A stretch of 5,004 bases of DNA from Octopus sinensis (lineage: Eukaryota). The DNA is taken from NCBI RefSeq assembly GCF_006345805.1, contig NW_021830291.1, positions 1-5,004 on the forward strand, read 5' to 3'. The notes beneath the pieces were generated by a model. The model saw nothing but the letters and a program-made list of their open reading frames with translations. It ran no database searches and was not told the origin of the DNA. Position 1 is the first letter of the stretch. Each line of letters starts with the position of its first letter. A program made the position numbers and the translations under genes. Positions 1 to 5,004 of this stretch are shown one piece after another.

Positions 1-85
1 CTGTTCTCTGCTTCGTACACGGAACTCTTGCACGTGGCCGTCTTCGTGTCAATGTACTTTTTTCAGGCATGCGCATGTCTGACTG

Positions 86-133
86 TCTCTCTCCCTTTCT
101 CTCTCTCCCCCTCTCTTTCTCCCTCTATTTCAG
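86..133 (+). repeat. CT-rich polypyrimidine low-complexity tract
   Basis: Almost pure C/T run (ctctctccctttctctctctccccctctctttctccctct) ending in ATTTCAG. Confidence 0.85.
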
Positions 134-144
134 AATATATATAT

Positions 145-221
<77 letters not shown>
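134..221. repeat. (TA)n microsatellite
   Basis: About 88 nt of alternating TA with a few interruptions. Confidence 0.97.
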
Positions 222-224
<3 letters not shown>

Positions 225-389
225 GGCGCAGGAGTGGCTGTGTGTTAAGTAGCTTGCTAACCAACCACATGGTTCCGGGTTCAGTCCCACTGCGTGGTCA
301 TCTTGGGCAGGTGTCTTCTGCTATAGCCTCGGGCCGACCAAAGCCTTGTGAGTGGATTTGGTATACGGAAACTGAAAGAAGCCCCTAGT
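222..389 (+). mobile_element. tRNA-derived SINE family A (Octopus-type), 5' half ending at the internal TA tract
   Basis: Starts ATAGGCGCAGGAGTGGCTG like the copies at 2415 and 4842. A-box-like TGGCTGTGTGTTAAG and B-box-like GGTTCAGTCC (278-287), then CTTGGGCAG...GAAACTGAAAGAAGCCC. Near-identical to 2415-2580. Confidence 0.9.
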
Positions 390-396
390 ATATATG

Positions 397-434
<38 letters not shown>
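389..434. repeat. (TA)n microsatellite (internal tract of SINE family A)
   Basis: Alternating TA directly after GAAGCCC, the same position as the TA tract at about 2579 in the full-length copy. Confidence 0.93.
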
Positions 435-438
<4 letters not shown>

Positions 439-475
439 AGGTTTGAAGATGATGTACAGGTATTTTATATTAGAA

Positions 476-520
476 AGGAGTGACTGTGTGGTAAGTACGA
501 AAACTGAAAGGAGCCCGTCG

Positions 521-552
<32 letters not shown>

Positions 553-810
553 CGGGCTCCTTTCAGTTTATATATATATGTATGTGTGTCTATATGTTTG
601 TGTGTCTGTGTTTGTCCCTCTAGCATTGCTTGACAACCGATGCTGGTGTGTTTACGTCGTCGTCACTTAGTGGTTCGGCAAAAGAGACCGATAGAATAAG
701 TACTGGGCTTACAAAAAATAAGTCCCGGGGTCGATTTGCTCGACTAAAGGCGGTGTTCCAGCATGGCCGCAGTCAAAATGACTGAAACAAATAAAAGAGA
801 GAAAGAGAGA
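476..810 (+). mobile_element. SINE family A copy with internal deletion (B box lost) and intact 3' half
   Basis: 476-497 AGGAGTGACTGTGTGGTAAGTA matches the SINE head and is joined directly to CGAAAACTGAAAGGAGCCCGTCG (498-520). About 600-790 aligns to 2640-2825 (CTAGCATTGCTTGACAACCGA...CAGTCAAAATGACTGAAACAA), followed by an AAAGAG-type tail. Confidence 0.88.
501..569. repeat. Inverted repeat: perfect 20-bp arms around a 29-nt TA spacer
   Basis: 501-520 AAACTGAAAGGAGCCCGTCG is the exact reverse complement of 550-569 CGACGGGCTCCTTTCAGTTT. Confidence 0.97.
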
Positions 811-868
811 TATATATGGGTGTGTGTGCGTATTGATATATGCGTGCGTGTGTTTGTACGTGTGTGTG

Positions 869-933
869 TGTGCGGTAAGAAACTTGATTCCCAACCAAAT
901 GGTTCCGGGTTCAGTCCCACCGCATGGCACCTT
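869..933 (+). mobile_element. SINE family A 5' head fragment (tRNA-like region only)
   Basis: TGTGCGGTAAGAAACTTGATTCCCAACCAAATGGTTCCGGGTTCAGTCCCACCGCATGGCACCTT aligns to 240-305. It keeps the B box and then breaks off into a T run. Confidence 0.85.
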
Positions 934-969
934 TTTTTATTTTTCTAAAATTTTCGTTGCGTCTTGCAG

Positions 970-1004
970 AAAAATATATAAAAAAAGAAGTGGAAGTTCT
1001 ACCG
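970..1004 (+). CDS. Candidate 35-nt internal micro-exon of an unidentified host gene
   Basis: T-rich tract at 931-966, a possible branch point CTAAA (945-949), no AG between 915 and 967, acceptor TTGCAG| (967-969 CAG) and donor CCG|GTGAGT (1005-1010). Two frames are open (xKYIKKEVEVLP or KIYKKRSGSST). I do not recognise either peptide. Confidence 0.4.
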
Positions 1005-1087
1005 GTGAGTGTGTTAAATTATAAAGCACTGAAAGAGAATGGCTCTCTCCAGGCACAACAGAATATGCTTCAAGACACGCAGGCCAC

Positions 1088-1091
<4 letters not shown>

Positions 1092-1149
<58 letters not shown>
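1092..1149. repeat. (CA)n microsatellite
   Basis: About 29 CA units with one register slip. Confidence 0.97.
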
Positions 1150-1152
<3 letters not shown>

Positions 1153-1184
1153 TGTTCTGAGTTTTCTGTGTATATGTATATATA

Positions 1185-1351
1185 ATGAATAGATCTAGAT
1201 AGATAGATAGATAGATAGATATAAATATGACTATATAGATAGATATAAATATGAATAGATAGGTAGATAGATAGATAGATAGATAGATAGATATATGAAT
1301 AGATAGGTAGATAGAAATATGAATAGATAGGTAGATAGATAGAAATATAAC

Positions 1352-1392
<41 letters not shown>

Positions 1393-1469
1393 GGATGGAT
1401 AGATAGAAATATGAATAGATAGATGGATAGATAGAAATATGAATAGATAGGTAGATGATAGATAGAAAT
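1185..1469 (+). repeat. (GATA)n satellite with recurring ATATGAATAGATAG variant unit (left part)
   Basis: TAGA/GATA tetramers, with exact ATATGAATAGATAG at 1249, 1293, 1317, 1409 and 1437. Confidence 0.95.
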
Positions 1470-1795
1470 TATTATTAAAGACTCCGCCGGTTACGACGAC
1501 GAGGGTCCCAGCTGATACGATCAACGAACAGCTTGCTCGTGAAATTAACGTGCAAATGGCTGACATTCCACAGACACGTGTACCCTTAACGTAGTTCTCT
1601 GGAAAATCACCGTGAACAGAGAGTGACAAGGCTGACCCTTTGAAATACAAGTACACTCATTTTTTGCCAGCTGAGTGGACTGGAGCAACGTGAAATAAAG
1701 TGTCTTGCTCAGGGACACAACGCGTCGCTGGAATCGAACTCACAACCTTACGATCATGAGCCGAATGCCCTAACCACTAAGCCACGCGCCCTCAC
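1470..1795 (-). mobile_element. tRNA-derived SINE family B, apparently full length, with (TAA)n tail and 11-bp TSD
   Basis: The minus strand starts GTGAGGGCGCGTGGCTTAGTGGTTAGGGC. A box TGGCTTAGTGG (1774-1784), B box GTTCGATTCC (1730-1739), then GTGTCCCTGAGCAAGACACTT. It ends GGAGTCTTT-AATAATA. TAGATAGAAAT flanks both sides (1459-1469 and 1796-1806). Confidence 0.9.
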
Positions 1796-1930
1796 TAGAT
1801 AGAAATATGAATAGATAGGATGGACAGATAGATAGATGGGCAGGCAGGCAGGCAAGTAGGTAGGTAGATAGGTAGGTAGATAAATAGATAGATAGATGGA
1901 CAGATAGATAGACATAGATAGATAGATATA
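1796..1930 (+). repeat. (GATA)n satellite, right part, mixed with GGCA/GGTA/GGAC variants
   Basis: Resumes with TAGATAGAAATATGAATAGATAG, then continues as GATA, GGCA and GGTA tetramers. Confidence 0.93.
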
Positions 1931-2230
1931 CTTAGCCAACTACATAAATAGATAGAAAGGCAAAATACGACACAACATGCGCGCGCACACACACACACAC
2001 GAGCAAATAATCTTCCTTATAGAAGCAATTTTCTTCGGTAATTCGAACGACCGACGCAGGTGAACAGGTGTGAGGTGGGAGGAGGCGGCGGCGGCGAGAC
2101 GGTTAGCGGTGGTGGTGGTGGTGGGGGTTTGAATGGTTGCACGTGAGCCCTGAGAAAGGCTCTGGCGCGGCATGGTATAGAGTAGCCGAAGCTGCGTGAC
2201 AGTGGCATGGGTGGAAGGGGGTAAATTTCA

Positions 2231-2232
<2 letters not shown>

Positions 2233-2261
<29 letters not shown>
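2233..2261. repeat. (GT)n microsatellite
   Basis: About 14 GT units. Confidence 0.95.
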
Positions 2262-2264
<3 letters not shown>

Positions 2265-2344
2265 AGGTGATGGGGGGAATGATGATGATTTCACGGGTGT
2301 CTGTCAAAGACCCTTAAAAGCTGTATCGAATCCATTAGCAGTGT

Positions 2345-2396
2345 TTCCGGGATCAGTTCCTTATTGAATCGACCAAAGATTTGTGAGTAGATTTGG
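2345..2396 (+). mobile_element. Degenerate, internally deleted SINE family A remnant
   Basis: 2345-2360 TTCCGGGATCAGTTCC matches 273-288 at 14 of 16 positions. 2370-2396 CGACCAAAGATTTGTGAGTAGATTTGG matches 335-361 with three mismatches. Confidence 0.6.
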
Positions 2397-2414
2397 ATGT
2401 GTGTATATATGTGT

Positions 2415-2580
2415 ATAGGCGCAGGAGTGGCTGTGGTAAATAGCTTGCTAACCAACCACATGGTTCCGGGTTCAGTCCCACTGCGTGGCACCTTGGGCAA
2501 GTGTCTTCTGCTATAGCCCCGGGCCGACCAAAGCCTTGTGAGTGGATTTGGTAGACGGAAACTGAAAGAAGCCCATCGTA

Positions 2581-2627
<47 letters not shown>

Positions 2628-2850
2628 ATGTTTGTGTGTCTGTGTCTGTCCCCTAGCATTGCTTGACAACCGATACTGGTGTGTTTACGTACCCGTCACT
2701 TAGCGGTTCGGCAAAAGAGACCGATAGAATAAGTACTGGGCTTAGAAAGAATAAGTCTTGGGGTCGATTTGCTCGACTAAAGGCGGTGCTCCAGCATGGT
2801 CGCAGTCAAATGACTGAAACAAGTAAAAGATAAAAGATAACGATAAAGAT
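2415..2850 (+). mobile_element. Full-length tRNA-derived SINE family A (head, CCTTGGGCAAGT domain, internal TA/GT microsatellite, 3' body, AAAAGAT tail)
   Basis: ATAGGCGCAGG start, B box GGTTCAGTCC (2469-2478) and ACCTTGGGCAAGT. That motif also opens the CORE domain of MIR-type SINEs, but superfamily assignment here is tentative. TA/GT tract about 2579-2645, 3' body to about 2825, tandem AAAAGAT-like tail. Four other segments in the window align to it. Confidence 0.93.
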
Positions 2851-2880
2851 GTGTGTGTGTGTGTGAAAGAGAGACTGACA

Positions 2881-2979
2881 GTGTTTTTGTGTCAATGTGC
2901 CCTAACCATCACCGCTTGACAACCGGTGTTGCTTTGCTTACGTCCCTGTAACTTTGCGGTTCGCGAAAACGGACTGATA
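2881..2979 (+). mobile_element. Diverged SINE family A 3' fragment
   Basis: CCGCTTGACAACCGGTGTTG...TTACGTCCCTGTAACTTTGCGGTTCG...GACTGATA aligns to 2660-2725 with more mismatches than the other copies. Confidence 0.8.
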
Positions 2980-2990
2980 ACATATATATT

Positions 2991-3304
<314 letters not shown>

Positions 3305-3509
3305 CAAAAAAGGATGAAATATAATTAATTTAATAAATTTCACCTAGTAGTTTTATCGGTATGGAAAAGACCATATTTGGTAAGGATTATATTAATTATA
3401 ATAAAGGGTTAATTGCAACAAGTTGCTCAAAACCGCATACCGAAAATATTAGAAATGGCAGCCAAATAGATCACCATTTCTCCTACTAGTAAATAAGTCT
3501 CCACAAACA

Positions 3510-3531
3510 AACAGAATTTGCAAATTCTGTT
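3510..3531. repeat. Perfect 22-bp spacerless palindrome
   Basis: AACAGAATTTG|CAAATTCTGTT is its own reverse complement. Confidence 0.97.
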
Positions 3532-3739
3532 ATATATATAAATAAATAAATAAATAAATGGAGTTGAACGAAGATGTTAACAAAATTCCTTTACTCTCGA
3601 CATATGTTTCGAAGACAACATGGTTTTATTCCAAAGGAATAAACGGTGTAAGATGCAATCTTCTCATCAGGAAAGCAAGGGAGCCTCTCTTAACAAGACA
3701 AAATAATAATTACGATGACTGTCTACATGACAAACATGT

Positions 3740-3768
3740 TTATTATTATTATTATTATTATTATTATT
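3740..3768. repeat. (TTA)n microsatellite, probable (TAA)n tail of the minus-strand element at 3769-3876
   Basis: About 10 TTA units abutting GAGTGAGAGAGC. Confidence 0.95.
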
Positions 3769-3876
3769 GAGTGAGAGAGCAGTGCATGCCATCAAAGTGA
3801 TACTCGGGTGGAATATATGAAGCACCGTTAAGCATTTCGTCCAGCGTGCTAACGATTCTGCCAGCTCGCCGCCTTC
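3769..3876 (-). mobile_element. Short retro-element: SINE-like head (third family) fused to a LINE-like 3' end
   Basis: Minus strand: AAGGCGGCGAGCTGGCAGAATCGTTAGCACGCTGGACGAAATGCTTAACGGT (A-box-like TGGCAGAATCG, no B box), then GCTTCATATATTCCACCCGAGTATCACTTTGATGGCATGCACTGCTCTCTCACTC-(AAT)n. I recall both halves as separate octopus repeats; this is not verified by a search. Confidence 0.55.
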
Positions 3877-3877
3877 T

Positions 3878-3910
3878 TAATAATAATAATAATAATAATA
3901 ATGATAATAA
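3878..3910. repeat. (TAA)n microsatellite
   Basis: About 11 TAA units with one TGA. Confidence 0.95.
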
Positions 3911-3924
3911 TTTCCTTTATTTGC

Positions 3925-4297
3925 CACCACCAACTCCACATCCACCACTAGCGTCATCGCCACTACTCCCCCCCACCAGCAACACCGTCATCCCTACCCC
4001 ACCCAACGACCAAAGAACAACAGCAAAGAAAAAAAAGCTACCGCCCTTCATCACCACCACAGCCACCACCATCACCACAACAACCACCACCATCACCACC
4101 ACAGCCACCACCACCACCAACACCACAATAACCACCACCATCACCACCACAGCCACCACAACAACCACCACCAGCACAACAACAACCACCACCAACACCA
4201 CCACCACGAACACCACAACAACCAACACCACAACAACCACCACCACAGCCACCACCAACACCACAACAACCATCACCAACACCACCACTACCACCAT
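3925..4297 (+). repeat. (CAC/CAA)n degenerate trinucleotide low-complexity tract
   Basis: ACC/ACA/ATC/AAC/GCC triplets in constant register from about 4050 to 4297, with a looser CA-rich lead-in. Confidence 0.93.
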
Positions 4298-4341
4298 CGA
4301 TAGTGCAAAACACGCCGCTACTGCTGCATCATATAATTAGT

Positions 4342-4387
4342 GGGGGGGAGGTGAAGGGGGTCTTGGGTGAGGGTAGGGGTTATGGGG
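4342..4387 (+). other. Putative G-quadruplex motif 1
   Basis: GGGGGGG-AGGTGAA-GGGGG-TCTT-GGG-TGA-GGG-TA-GGGG-TTAT-GGGG: six runs of at least 3 G with loops of 7 nt or less. Confidence 0.65.
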
Positions 4388-4493
4388 TGAGGTGAGGAAG
4401 GGATCAGCGAGCGGCCCCTTTACAAGTTTTGTCTGGTGATGACAACAAACGATCGTCCTGCAGCACCGTCAGGGTTTTAGCAGCATCACCGGT

Positions 4494-4520
4494 GGGTCCG
4501 GGGTGGGAGGGGCCGGAGGG
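4494..4520 (+). other. Putative G-quadruplex motif 2
   Basis: GGG-TCC-GGGG-T-GGG-A-GGGG-CCGGA-GGG: five G runs with short loops. Confidence 0.65.
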
Positions 4521-4584
4521 TATGGTGAGAGGGGGAGCGCCATCTTTTGTTTTTTTAATGTTTTGGTGGTTGTGGGTGTTTACG

Positions 4585-4830
4585 TCATCACCACCACCAC
4601 ATACCTTCACCACCACCGCCAACAACAACAATAACAAGAAGACCACCACCACCGCCCGCCACCAACATGATTACTGTCAACACAACCAGCATCATCGCCA
4701 CCACAAACAACACCACTACCATCATCACCTGCCAAACCAGCACAGCCACCTACACCACCTCCACCACCACCGAACTACAATACCACGTCAGCAATATACT
4801 AACACACCAACACATCACCGCCATACCAAC
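4585..4830 (+). repeat. Second (CAC/CAA/CAT)n low-complexity tract, more degenerate
   Basis: CACCACCAC, AACAACAAC and CATCATCAC runs throughout. Confidence 0.88.
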
Positions 4831-4841
4831 ACATCGTCTCC

Positions 4842-5004
4842 ATAGGCGCAGGAGTGGCTGTGTTGTAAGTAGCTTGCTTCCCAAGCACATGGCTCTAGGT
4901 TCAGTCCCACTGCGTGGCATCTTGGGCAAGTGTATTCTGCTATAGCCCGGGCCGACCAAGCCTTGTGAGTGGATTTGGTAGGACGGAAACTGAAAGAAGC
5001 CTGT
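4842..5004 (+). mobile_element. SINE family A 5' half, cut by the window end
   Basis: ATAGGCGCAGGAGTGGCTG start, B box GGTTCAGTCC (4898-4907), CTTGGGCAAGTG, and GAAACTGAAAGAAGCC at the end. Confidence 0.92.

Noticed and set aside
31-77. E-box CACGTG (31-36) and palindrome CATGCGCATG (68-77, NRF1-like)
   Set aside because: These are short motifs expected by chance, with no other promoter evidence.
1-133. Open frame LFSASYTELLHVAVFVSMYFFQ at the window start, and possible acceptors at 64-66 and 131-133
   Set aside because: There is no matching donor or recognisable protein, and the stronger acceptor leads directly into a TA microsatellite. The window edge prevents further evaluation.
1185-1469. 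CRISPR-like repeat-spacer pattern from the recurring ATATGAATAGATAG
   Set aside because: The 'spacers' are GATA tetramers and not unique sequences, the context is eukaryotic, and there are no cas genes.
63-1656. Short ORFs with YIYI, HTHT, VCVC and YLSI runs, and the similar ones at 1754-3317
   Set aside because: They are translations of (TA)n, (CA)n and (GATA)n tracts and SINE sequence, with no recognisable domain.
1720-1795. tRNA gene (loop CT-CAT-GA, Met-like anticodon) on the minus strand
   Set aside because: The anticodon and acceptor stems pair poorly, and the sequence continues into a SINE body with a tail and TSD. It is a SINE head, not a tRNA gene.
2396-2856. GATGTGTGT as a TSD for the full-length SINE A (2396-2404 and 2848-2856)
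   Set aside because: It is low-complexity sequence and not directly adjacent to the 5' end, so it cannot be distinguished from chance.
3846-4340. 164-aa Thr-rich 'mucin-like' ORF and the antisense poly-Val (3917-4297) and Gly/Cys (4038-4313) ORFs
   Set aside because: CAC/CAA repeats have no stop codons, so they are open in several frames on both strands. The ORF has no ATG start, begins inside a retro-element and crosses a TAA microsatellite.
4403-4493. Possible exon reading SGDDNKRSSCSTVRVLAASP ending at CCG|GTGGGT
   Set aside because: The acceptor is weak (AAG, short pyrimidine tract), the donor is non-optimal, and the peptide is not recognisable.
4920-4990. Single-base indels in the last SINE copy as subfamily markers
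   Set aside because: They fall in short homopolymers and could be sequencing or consensus errors.

Overview
Repeat-dense eukaryotic non-coding DNA, most likely intronic or intergenic. I recognise the repeat families, from memory and not from a database search, as those of Octopus (coleoid cephalopod) genomes. The main component is one tRNA-derived SINE family (here 'family A', about 430 bp, with an internal TA/GT microsatellite). It occurs as one full-length copy (2415-2850), a 5' half (222-389), an internally deleted copy (476-810), a minus-strand 3' half (2991-3186), several fragments, and a copy cut by the window end (4842-5004). A second tRNA-derived SINE (family B, minus strand, 1470-1795) sits inside a GATA satellite with an 11-bp target-site duplication. 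A short minus-strand retro-element at 3769-3876 looks chimeric. The rest is (TA)n, (CA)n, (GATA)n, (TTA)n and (CAC/CAA)n simple repeats plus two G-rich blocks. All listed ORFs appear to be microsatellite or SINE artefacts. The only coding candidate is a 35-nt micro-exon (970-1004) with strong splice signals. I see no evidence for a new multi-gene system. The notable points are structural: a template-switch palindrome, an inverted SINE pair, covarying SINE 3' hairpins, a chimeric retrocopy and a 22-bp perfect palindrome.
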